From assembly GCA_934148875.1 (NCBI GenBank), contig CAKPDJ010000002.1, forward strand, positions 1,297 to 65,296: DNA of 64,000 nucleotides. The letters run 5' to 3'. The position numbers and the translations under genes were made by a program. This document shows, in pieces, positions 18,839 through 26,468 of this stretch (within the stretch, counting starts at the first letter, position 1; every line of letters starts with the position of its first letter). The notes below the pieces were generated by a model. The model was not told the origin of the DNA and made no database searches. It was given only the letters and a program-made list of their open reading frames with translations. Source of the DNA: an uncultured Bacilli bacterium. Lineage in GTDB: Bacteria > Bacillota_I > Bacilli_A > RF39 > UBA660.

Positions 18839-20789
18839 AGCAGTCAATTTAAATATTAATGAAAGTAGAAATATACATGTAACCACTTCCCCTAGCAATA
18901 TAAAAAATGAGTGTAATTTTATTTTTAATAGTGGAAACGAAGGTTTTGTATCAGTGAATGACGGTGTGTTATTAGGAAAATCGGCTGGTACAACTATAGT
19001 AAATATTATCGCTTCATATAAAGATAGAACCATAAATAAATTCATTAATGTTACCGTGGGGAATGTGTCTGAAGGAAGTTCTGGTGATATAGTACCATCT
19101 AGGACTCCGACTGGCATTGTTATAAACAACCCTATTGAAGAAATTAATGTGGGTGAATATTATCCTTTAATGGCAACTGCTATACCTTATGATATCATGG
19201 ATGAAAATTTAGTAAAATTCTCATCATCAAACCCAGAAGTTTGTTCTATAGATTATGGTGTTATAGTAGCCCATAAAGAAGGAAATGCCGAAATAACCGT
19301 TAGCACACTAGACAATAGCATATCAACTTCTTTCAATTTAAAAATAAATCCTAACTTAGATAGGATTGACGATAAAATAACAAAAATTAAAAATTTAACA
19401 TTAGCTGAAAGTGGATTGGTTGAAAATGATAACTCTTATTTAACTGCAAAAAATAATACTATTAATCTCCAAAATATAATAAATGAAGCAATAAATAACA
19501 ACTATCAAAAATTAGTATTACCCAACGGAAAGTTTTATATAACTCCAGAAGTTGAATTAGTTCCAGAATCTGAAAGGCAATTATTGTCAGGGTGGTCAAC
19601 CCCTTCTTATTCTATAACTATAAACAAACCTGGAGATGATGTATTTGTATTAGATTTTAATGGAAGTGAATTTGAAATAATACAATCATATTGGACATTA
19701 TGGAAATATGGACGTGAGAATGAAAATTCTAATAAAAATGGATATAGAATGTTCACTATAACAGAAAATTCATCAAATGTAGAATTGAGAAACGGTACTA
19801 TAAACGGGGAAAGATATACTGCGACTTATCCAGAGTCAGAATTTGATGCTTCAGAAATGTGTATGTCATTAAATTTAAATGGTAATAATAATGGGATATA
19901 TAATATGTCGTTCGATAACTCTCCCGGATTTAATATTGGATTCTCTCAAACCAGAAAAATAATTCATAATGGTGTACCATACACTAATTTTGAAGCTGGT
20001 GGATTTGATGACAATGGTAATAAAATAGAATTAATTGAAACAGGAACATGGAGAACCATAGATTTAATGGAAATTAATGAGATAAGCAACAGTTATGCAT
20101 TTGGATTTATATTCGGATATCAGGGATTCTCATATTTAAGAAGTAGATTATATTCTATATATTTCTATGATAAAAATAGAAATTTTATAGAATGTCAAAA
20201 GTATAATCTTCAATATTATAAATATACTATGCCTAAAAATACTAAATATTATGGTATAGAAATATATCAAGAAAATGCTCCTACTAGTGGATATGGTGAT
20301 TATAATAATGCTGTTGCTAATTTATATGAACCTATTGGTGAAAAATGCTATGCTAGAAATTGTACATTTAAAAACAACTATTCTAGTGCAATTGCATTAA
20401 CAACACGAAATACTATATTAGAAAATAATATACTTGAAAATAATGGTCAAAGAGCACCTCTTAGTGGATTTGTATTTGAAGATGGATGGGAAAATATGAT
20501 TGGAAATATTATAATAAATAATAAGTTCAACAATAATGGTCAAGGATTATGTACATGTGCTGGCAATAGTTTTGTTATATATAATAATATTTTTGAAAAT
20601 GATTTAGTCAATATATATAGTAGAACCCAACATACAAGAATGTATAAAAATATATTTGTTGATACTACTGTTAATTTTTCTACTCAAGGAGATTCAGTAT
20701 TCGCCAAAAATAGTATTAGTGGGAGAGGTTCTATAACTTATGGTAAACATCATGAAAATGCTAATTATAAAGTTAGGGTTATAGAATAA
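18837..20789 (+). CDS. Big_2 x2 + right-handed beta-helix (pectate-lyase-like depolymerase) protein; probably the +1-frame continuation of 15953..18838
   Basis: The frame is open from 18816. A complete Big_2 domain starts at 18837 (EAVNLNINESRNIHVTTSPSN...). The track start (GTG 18954) has no SD and would cut that domain. Beta-helix repeats include NCTFKNNYSSAIAL...NNILENNGQ...IIINNKFNNNGQG. Confidence 0.65.
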   Translation, partial: EAVNLNINESRNIHVTTSPSNIKNECNFIFNSGNEGFVSVNDGVLLGKSAGTTIVNIIASYKDRTINKFINVTVGNVSEGSSGDIVPSRTPTGIVINNPIEEINVGEYYPLMATAIPYDIMDENLVKFSSSNPEVCSIDYGVIVAHKEGNAEITVSTLDNSISTSFNLKINPNLDRIDDKITKIKNLTLAESGLVENDNSYLTAKNNTINLQNIINEAINNNYQKLVLPNGKFYITPEVELVPESERQLLSGWSTPSYSITINKPGDDVFVLDFNGSEFEIIQSYWTLWKYGRENENSNKNGYRMFTITENSSNVELRNGTINGERYTATYPESEFDASEMCMSLNLNGNNNGIYNMSFDNSPGFNIGFSQTRKIIHNGVPYTNFEAGGFDDNGNKIELIETGTWRTIDLMEINEISNSYAFGFIFGYQGFSYLRSRLYSIYFYDKNRNFIECQKYNLQYYKYTMPKNTKYYGIEIYQENAPTSGYGDYNNAVANLYEPIGEKCYARNCTFKNNYSSAIALTTRNTILENNILENNGQRAPLSGFVFEDGWENMIGNIIINNKFNNNGQGLCTCAGNSFVIYNNIFENDLVNIYSRTQHTRMYKNIFVDTTVNFSTQGDSVFAKNSISGRGSITYGKHHENANYKVRVIE

Positions 20790-20796
20790 AAAATAA

Positions 20797-20831
20797 ATAG
20801 AGAAACATAAAATAGTGTTTCTCTATTTTTA
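20797..20831 (+). terminator. Rho-independent terminator ending the structural operon
   Basis: ATAGAGAAACA-TAAAATAG-TGTTTCTCTAT followed by T5. Confidence 0.85.
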
Positions 20832-21153
20832 TAATAAATCTATATAAAATATATTTTTTGTATCTTTAATCTATATCAATATGCAACCTATTGAAAACTA
20901 TTAAGAATATGATTTAAATGAAGAAAAAAGAATGGAAGAAATAATGAATCTAACATATAACTAAATTAGTAGGAATTGAATAATATTTTTAGATTTGGAA
21001 AATATAACTATATTTCAAAGTTAGGATGTGGTATAGTGGAAGACTTATACAAAAAACAGGCAGAAACTAATAAAACTAATTGGATAAAACAAATAATAAA
21101 ATAGTTATGATTATATTAAAAGGAGATGGGGCAAATATGAGAGGAATGATAAT

Positions 21154-21450
21154 ATGGATCAAGAACTTTTAAAATTTGCCATTAGTCAAGGGCTGTTCGC
21201 AGCTCTTTTTGTATGGCTATTAATAGACACTAGAAAAGAATCTAAAGCTAGAGAAGAATCTCTTAATAAAACAATAGAAGAAAATAAAAAAAGTGCTACA
21301 GATAGAGAAGATAAACTAAACAAAGCGTTATCTGAAAATCAAATTATATTAGTTGAAAATCAACGAATTATTAGTGAACTAACAGATAAATTTAATTTAG
21401 TAGAAGATATAAAATTAGATATTAAGGAGTTAAAAGATAAACTCTTGTAA
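21154..21450 (+). CDS. BhlA/UviB-family holin-like protein
   Basis: N-terminus MDQELLKFAISQGLFAALFVWLLIDTRKESKAREE matches the BhlA/UviB pattern (a TM segment, then a charged coiled coil). Confidence 0.7.
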   Translation: MDQELLKFAISQGLFAALFVWLLIDTRKESKAREESLNKTIEENKKSATDREDKLNKALSENQIILVENQRIISELTDKFNLVEDIKLDIKELKDKLL

Positions 21451-21451
21451 A

Positions 21452-21486
21452 AGAGCAGGCTAGTAGATGCTGGCCTGCTCTTTTTT
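21452..21486 (+). terminator. Rho-independent terminator
   Basis: AGAGCAGGC-N12-GCCTGCTCT followed by a T-run. Confidence 0.85.
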
Positions 21487-21560
21487 CTGTTACCAAATTA
21501 GTTTAGCAATTGATACTTCTATTATAACTCTAAAAAAAATTTTTTCAACATTTTTTGAAC

Positions 21561-21593
21561 TTTTGGAACAAAAAAGTGTAAAAAGTAATACTA
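21561..21593 (+). promoter_or_regulatory. Promoter-like element copy (GGAACA-N17-ATACTA)
   Basis: TTTTGGAACAAAAAAGTGTAAAAAGTAATACTA aligns with the GGTACT-N16/17-CATATA family. It lies ~30 nt upstream of the SD of 21626. Confidence 0.45.
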
Positions 21594-21625
21594 TATACTA
21601 TAAAAGAAAAAAGGAGACAAAGAAA

Positions 21626-21772
21626 ATGGAAGTTTTAATTATTAAAGACAATAAAAAGGTTATGGATTTAAATACTAAGAGGTTAGGATCTTTATTAAAG
21701 ATATTTTTAACAACAATAACAGTAGATACAAGTATAATTGCATTAGTAAAATTAATAACAATACTTAATTAG
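21626..21772 (+). CDS. Small protein with hydrophobic C-terminus (48 aa)
   Basis: The internal ATG of track ORF 21467..21772 has SD AAAGGAGAC. The upstream part of the track ORF spans a terminator and promoter. Sequence MEVLIIKDNKK...FLTTITVDTSIIALVKLITILN. Confidence 0.5.
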   Translation: MEVLIIKDNKKVMDLNTKRLGSLLKIFLTTITVDTSIIALVKLITILN

Positions 21773-21773
21773 C

Positions 21774-21800
21774 TGGAGGGCATTTGCCTTCCATTTTTTT
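21774..21800 (+). terminator. Rho-independent terminator
   Basis: TGGAGGGC-ATTT-GCCTTCCA (one G-U pair) followed by T7. Confidence 0.7.
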
Positions 21801-21835
21801 GTACATGACAAAAAGTAAAAAAGATTATAAAATAT

Positions 21836-21876
21836 TTTTGGTACTTTTGGTACTAAATTAAACACTTATACATAGA
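21836..21876 (+). promoter_or_regulatory. Promoter-like element copy (tandem GGTACT, N16, CATAGA)
   Basis: TTTTGGTACTTTTGGTACT(21849)-N16-CATAGA, ~30 nt upstream of the parM-like SD. Confidence 0.55.
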
Positions 21877-21907
21877 ATATAGTAAAAAATCAAAAAGGAG
21901 AAACAGT

Positions 21908-22756
21908 ATGGAAAATTTATCTATCGAAATTGGCAATAGAAATATAAAAACCAATAAAGGCATTGTATTTCCAAGCAGATATACAATGTTTAATCAAATA
22001 GGAACAGAGATAATACAATACAAAGGAATAAATTACTTTATAGGTAATGGAGAATACGATATAGAATTAGAAAAGTCTAAAAAAGATTTTATGCCTTTAT
22101 TATTAACAGCAATAGCAAAGAGCACAACAAGTGAAGAAATAAACTTAGTATTAGGAACACCTATTAATCAGAAAAATTCAAAGGAGGATTTTATTAAGAA
22201 ACTTAAAGACAAAGAATTTTTCTTTAACTATATTAATAAACAAGGTAAAAAATCTACTAGGATTATAAGAATAAATAAAGTTGAAGTAATTCTAGAAGGA
22301 TTAGGCTCTATAAAATATTTACCCAAAGAAGCAGGTAAAAGATCTATACTAATAGATATCGGTGGATGGACAACTAATGTGTTGTATATAAGCAATAATA
22401 AAATAGAAGATGCTTTTACGGTTCCAAAGGGAATCTTAAGTTTCTATCAGCTTGTAAAAGATAGAAAAGATACTGAAGATAAATGTTCTTATAAACTAGA
22501 AGAAATAGAAGATGCTATTAAGAATGGATATATTACAGATTGGGAAAATGAAAAAATAACAATCTTTAATAGCATTATAAAAGAAATAAAAAATAGAAGG
22601 CCAATAAAGTTATATGATAAATACTTTACTGGTGGAGGATCTACAGACTTTAAAGAGTATATAAGAAAAATTAATTGTGAAATATTAGATAATAATCTAT
22701 TTACTAATGTAAATGGGAATCTAATAATAGCAGAAGAAAAATGGAGGAGAGAATAA
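21908..22756 (+). CDS. parM: Actin-like plasmid segregation ATPase (ParM/Alp family)
   Basis: Actin-fold motifs IEIGNRNIK (phosphate 1), LIDIGGWTTNV (phosphate 2) and YFTGGGS (adenosine). The layout LVLGTP...VEVILEGLGS parallels R1 ParM. Confidence 0.8.
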   Translation: MENLSIEIGNRNIKTNKGIVFPSRYTMFNQIGTEIIQYKGINYFIGNGEYDIELEKSKKDFMPLLLTAIAKSTTSEEINLVLGTPINQKNSKEDFIKKLKDKEFFFNYINKQGKKSTRIIRINKVEVILEGLGSIKYLPKEAGKRSILIDIGGWTTNVLYISNNKIEDAFTVPKGILSFYQLVKDRKDTEDKCSYKLEEIEDAIKNGYITDWENEKITIFNSIIKEIKNRRPIKLYDKYFTGGGSTDFKEYIRKINCEILDNNLFTNVNGNLIIAEEKWRRE

Positions 22757-22757
22757 T

Positions 22758-22925
22758 ATGAAACTTGAAATAAATGAAAAAGGTTGTGCAAGAATTAACC
22801 TTTATTTAAATACAGTAAGAAATGAAGATGAAAAATTAATATATGAAAAATTAAAAGATGAAAAATATCCATCAAATAAAATAAAAGAGATTTTATATAA
22901 GTATTTTAAAGAAGAGGAGCAATAA
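22758..22925 (+). CDS. Candidate ParR-like adaptor (55 aa; not in the ORF track)
   Basis: SD GGAGGAG, ATG 1 nt after the parM stop. Small and basic/acidic (MKLEINEKGCARINLYLNTVRNEDEK...). Called by position downstream of parM. Confidence 0.45.
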   Translation: MKLEINEKGCARINLYLNTVRNEDEKLIYEKLKDEKYPSNKIKEILYKYFKEEEQ

Positions 22926-22950
22926 GCTCCCCTTTTTTAATTAAATTTTT

Positions 22951-23095
22951 ACATTTAACCAATTTTAATTAAAATTAACTAGAATTAATTAAAATTCATT
23001 AACTTTAACTAAATATAATTAAATTTAACTAAGTTTTACTCAAAATCAATTAGAATAAACTAAAATTTAAAATATTAAATTAAAATTAATTAAAT
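22951..23095. repeat. Helically phased AT-rich repeat array (about 14 x 10 bp, consensus AAAATTAAYT); parC-like centromere candidate
   Basis: The units read aattttaatt/aaaattaact/agaattaatt/aaaattcatt/aactttaact/aaatataatt/aaatttaact/aagttttact... with strict 10-bp phasing. The array lies between the parMR terminator and the next promoter. Confidence 0.55.
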
Positions 23096-23127
23096 TTTGG
23101 TACATATAATTGAAATTTGAGTAATAT
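23095..23127 (+). promoter_or_regulatory. Promoter-like element copy (GGTACA-N17-TAATAT)
   Basis: TTTTGGTACATATAATTGAAATTTGAGTAATAT, ~25 nt upstream of the SD of 23159. Confidence 0.45.
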
Positions 23128-23158
23128 ATATTAACAGAGCAATTAAGGAGAAGAAAAA

Positions 23159-23374
23159 ATGAAGAAATATAACTACACGACAAAGACATTAAACTTAAAC
23201 AGAGATAATGAAGAGGATCTAAGAATATTAGAGTATCTAAATACTAAAAGAAAAGTAAGTGATTACTTAAGAGAACTTGTACTAAATGACATGAAAAAAG
23301 AAACTCCTATTATAGAAGAAAAGAAAGAAGAATCAAAGGATAATGGTATAGATATTTTAGGCTTTGATAATTAG
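23159..23374 (+). CDS. Ribbon-helix-helix (CopG/TraY-like) DNA-binding protein
   Basis: SD TTAAGGAG. RHH-like N-terminus KTLNLNRDNEEDLRILEYLNTKRKVSDYLRELVLNDM. Confidence 0.55.
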   Translation: MKKYNYTTKTLNLNRDNEEDLRILEYLNTKRKVSDYLRELVLNDMKKETPIIEEKKEESKDNGIDILGFDN

Positions 23375-23385
23375 GAGGAATTAAA

Positions 23386-23787
23386 ATGTTAGAAATCTTA
23401 GATATGTGTAAGACACTTTGCTATGTTGCTATTGGTGCTCCAGCTGCAGGTATTATATTTCAATGGGTTGTTAATAAGTTTAAAGATGGAAATGTACAGC
23501 AGATAATGACTTCTACTTTTGGTAACTATAAAGTTGCAGAAAAAAGAGAAGAAGAAGAACGTGTTAAATATGTTCTTCATGTAGCTCCTGGAAAAGGATT
23601 AGAAGATTACATGAAGAAGATTAGCATGTTAGAAAAAACATTTAAAGGTAAGATCCTTATAGAGGATATCCCTTACAGCGATGAAATAATAATTTATTGC
23701 TACAAGAAACCTATAGATACTCCTGAAGAAGAAATAGAGATTAATGATGTTAATAAAGAAATCAATAATATTCTTGGAGGAAAATAA
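23386..23787 (+). CDS. Membrane-anchored protein preceding the FtsK-like ATPase
   Basis: SD TTAGGAGG. TM segment TLCYVAIGAPAAGIIFQWVV. Its stop abuts the next start. Confidence 0.5.
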   Translation: MLEILDMCKTLCYVAIGAPAAGIIFQWVVNKFKDGNVQQIMTSTFGNYKVAEKREEEERVKYVLHVAPGKGLEDYMKKISMLEKTFKGKILIEDIPYSDEIIIYCYKKPIDTPEEEIEINDVNKEINNILGGK

Positions 23788-25152
23788 ATGTTAATTGATT
23801 TGGCTATTATAGGACTTATAGGTGGTATTATTACAACTGGACTAGATGCAACTGGCCTTACACAAAAGATTTCTGACAAACTTTTTACTAAAAGCCCTAA
23901 GAAACTTACAGATGAAGAAAAGCAGAAACAACTAGAAAAGAAACAATTATCTTACATGCACTACCAATGGTGCAACTTTTTACAAGCTGCAAAGCTTAAT
24001 GATTTTAGAATAAATAAAATAGAAAAAATAACTAATGGATATAAAGTATTATTACAAATACCAGTATCTAAAAGTACAGAAGATGTAGAAAAGCTAAAAG
24101 CTCCAATAGAAAATTATTTTAAATGTAATTCTTATATTAATAAAATACCATATTCTAATATGGTAGAAGTATTAATATATACCACTAAAGTTAATAATTA
24201 TGTTTATACTCCTGTTAAGTGTAATCACAATCAGGTGTACTTAGGAAAAGATGAAAAAGGATTAGATATAATAGTTGAACTTAAAAGAGATCCACACTTC
24301 ATGTTTCCAGGACTTACTGGTTCAGGAAAATCTTTTGCAGAAGGAATATTTATTACAAACCTTTTATACTTCAATAAACAGATAGAACTCTATTTATACC
24401 AAATAGGTAAAAGTGAATTAGATAGATATAAAAGTGTACCTCAATGTAAAGTGTTTGCAGATACATTGGAAGTAACAGCAAAACATCTACAAGCTGCAGT
24501 AGAAGAAATTAATAGGCGTTCTAAGTTATTTGCATCTTATGGTATTGCAGATATAGAGCAATATAATAAGTATGCAAATAAAGAAATGAAAAGGCAATTT
24601 CATGTCTTTGATGAAATCAGCTTTTATGCTAAAGATAAAACAGAGGTTGATGAAAATGAAGTGGCCTTAAAAGAAATATGCTGGGGCTGTCTATGGCAAA
24701 TAGTAAAAGCAGGTAGAAGTGTAGGCATACATTTTGTAGGAGCTACACAAAGAATAACAGCAGAGCAATTAGGTGGCAATGGAAATTTAAAATCATGTCT
24801 AACATTCCTATGTTTAAAAACTAACACCGAACATGATTCTGAATTAGCAATAGGAACTAAAGATGCTTTCTATTTAGCAGATAGAGAGATGATTTACAAA
24901 GGTAATAAAGGCACTATGAAAATAAAGATACCTACATTGGACCAAGAATTTAAATTATTAAATCATTTCAATAAAGATATTAAGATCTTAGATGATGAAA
25001 TGATAAAAAAATTAAAAGAAGATACATCTCCTAAAAAAGAGATTAAAGAAAATAAAAAAGAAGAACCTAAGCCTGCTCCTAAAAAGAAAAATAAAGGAAC
25101 TAAAAAGAAAGTTCAAGAGCATAATTTATCTATGAAAGATTTATATATTTAA
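23788..25152 (+). CDS. FtsK/SpoIIIE-family DNA translocase (TcpA/TraB-like)
   Basis: N-terminal TM, Walker A FPGLTGSGKSF, Walker B FHVFDEISF, followed by VGIHFVGATQR. Lys-rich tail. Confidence 0.8.
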   Translation: MLIDLAIIGLIGGIITTGLDATGLTQKISDKLFTKSPKKLTDEEKQKQLEKKQLSYMHYQWCNFLQAAKLNDFRINKIEKITNGYKVLLQIPVSKSTEDVEKLKAPIENYFKCNSYINKIPYSNMVEVLIYTTKVNNYVYTPVKCNHNQVYLGKDEKGLDIIVELKRDPHFMFPGLTGSGKSFAEGIFITNLLYFNKQIELYLYQIGKSELDRYKSVPQCKVFADTLEVTAKHLQAAVEEINRRSKLFASYGIADIEQYNKYANKEMKRQFHVFDEISFYAKDKTEVDENEVALKEICWGCLWQIVKAGRSVGIHFVGATQRITAEQLGGNGNLKSCLTFLCLKTNTEHDSELAIGTKDAFYLADREMIYKGNKGTMKIKIPTLDQEFKLLNHFNKDIKILDDEMIKKLKEDTSPKKEIKENKKEEPKPAPKKKNKGTKKKVQEHNLSMKDLYI

Positions 25153-25206
25153 AGGAGCATCAGCTCCTTTATTTTTTGAATAATAATTTTAAAAGGTGGG
25201 TATACT

Positions 25207-25860
25207 ATGTATATAACAGAAAGGGATAAATATTTATTAAAGCATATAGAAGAGAACGGATCATTAAGTCTTATTAATGCTTCTAATCTTTTCTTTTATG
25301 GCCATAAAGATAATGCTTCCAGAAGACTTAATCAATTAGTTAAGGCTAAGAAACTAAAGAGCTATAGAACTGAATATGATTTTTTAACACACCAGGAAAA
25401 GATATTTATACTTCCAGGCATGAAAAAAGTAAAAGAACACGAGCTATTAAGAGAAAACTTTAAAGCTCTTTTAGAACTTCAATTTACAGATGATGAAAAT
25501 GAATATGTATGTGAAGATAGTATATCTTTAACATTCCCTTTTATGTATACAGAAGATAAGAAATTTCATAAATTCATGAAGCCAGACTATATAGTTAAAT
25601 ATATTTATAAAGGGATTCAATATACAATTATCTTAGAAATAGATTATACTCACTATACAAGTTTAGATAAGCAGCAAACTATGTTGGATAAAAAAGAACA
25701 AATAGAAGATATACTATATAAAAATAATCTATATTCTAAACATTGGTATATAGTAATAGCCAGTAATAAAGAACAAGATCATATACCTGGAATAATATAT
25801 ACAGATCTATTCTTCACAAACCTTTTTGCAAGCATCCATAAATATAAAATTCATAATTAG
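25207..25860 (+). CDS. Replication-relaxation family protein (wHTH)
   Basis: SD AAAGGTGGG. N-terminus ITERDKYLLKHIEENGSLSLINASNLFF...ASRRLNQLVKAKKLKSYR fits the Replic_Relax pattern. Confidence 0.65.
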   Translation: MYITERDKYLLKHIEENGSLSLINASNLFFYGHKDNASRRLNQLVKAKKLKSYRTEYDFLTHQEKIFILPGMKKVKEHELLRENFKALLELQFTDDENEYVCEDSISLTFPFMYTEDKKFHKFMKPDYIVKYIYKGIQYTIILEIDYTHYTSLDKQQTMLDKKEQIEDILYKNNLYSKHWYIVIASNKEQDHIPGIIYTDLFFTNLFASIHKYKIHN

Positions 25861-25927
25861 CTAAAATAAAAATGACAACATTAAAATAAGAATTGAGCTA
25901 TAGCTTGTTTCAAACTACATCAAATTG

Positions 25928-25961
25928 ACAACATTGTTTTATTCAATGTTGTTATTTTTTT
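25928..25961 (+). terminator. Rho-independent terminator
   Basis: ACAACATTG-TTTTATT-CAATGTTGT followed by a T-run. Confidence 0.8.
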
Positions 25962-26242
25962 GCTCTAACTATAGGAAAATACCTAGAAAAGCGAAGCGGA
26001 TAAAATAAGAAGGCGTGAGCGAAGCGGAAGCCTGAGTATTTTTAAGACAGATAGTGCAGCAACAAAGCACGGCATCTTGCAGGACATCTGGACAAGCTAT
26101 AACAAGCAAAAAAGCATCTACTAAAATAGTAAATGCTTTTTTAATGATTACAGTATATAAATATAATTTAAATGATATTTAATAAGAAATATTGAGTTCT
26201 ATTGATATTATAACCTATAAATAAAAAAATATTCAACTAAAA

Positions 26243-26271
26243 AGTACTAAAAATTTAAAAAATGAATATAG
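26243..26271 (+). promoter_or_regulatory. Promoter-like element copy (AGTACT-N16-AATATA)
   Basis: AAAAGTACTAAAAATTTAAAAAATGAATATAG, ~20 nt upstream of the SD of 26303. Confidence 0.4.
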
Positions 26272-26302
26272 TGTATTAAAGAACAATGAAGAGGTTAAAT
26301 AA

Positions 26303-26455
26303 ATGATAATTTTTATTTTAACATTAATAGTACTAGAACACTTATTCTTGAAAAAATTAACTAAAAAATATTTTCAGGAGAAGTGTATAAAAAAATCTAG
26401 TTTAAAACATACTATTAATATAAACTTACTCAAAATTAAATGCAAATTTATTTAA
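26303..26455 (+). CDS. Small hydrophobic/basic peptide (50 aa; not in the ORF track)
   Basis: SD AGAGG. Sequence MIIFILTLIVLEHLFLKKLTKKYFQEKCIKK... Bounded by a promoter-like element and a terminator. Confidence 0.45.
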   Translation: MIIFILTLIVLEHLFLKKLTKKYFQEKCIKKSSLKHTININLLKIKCKFI

Positions 26456-26468
26456 TCATCTCCGAAAG

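Noticed and set aside
18954-20789. The track start (GTG 18954) for the beta-helix protein.
   Set aside because: It has no SD. It would begin in the middle of a Big_2 domain whose first half is encoded in the same frame upstream (from 18837). The ORF is better explained as a +1-frame continuation of 15953..18838, or as a broken fusion.
22951-23095. Possibility that the AT-rich repeat array is a CRISPR array or a minisatellite.
   Set aside because: The units are only ~10 bp, degenerate and contiguous, with no spacers. No cas genes or leader are present. The phasing and the position beside parM favour a centromere or protein-binding array.
25985-26110. GC-richer patches (here and at 47030-47130) as possible tRNA genes.
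   Set aside because: I could not fold either into a cloverleaf: there is no acceptor/T-arm pairing and no GTTCRANYC-like T-loop. No tRNA is called.
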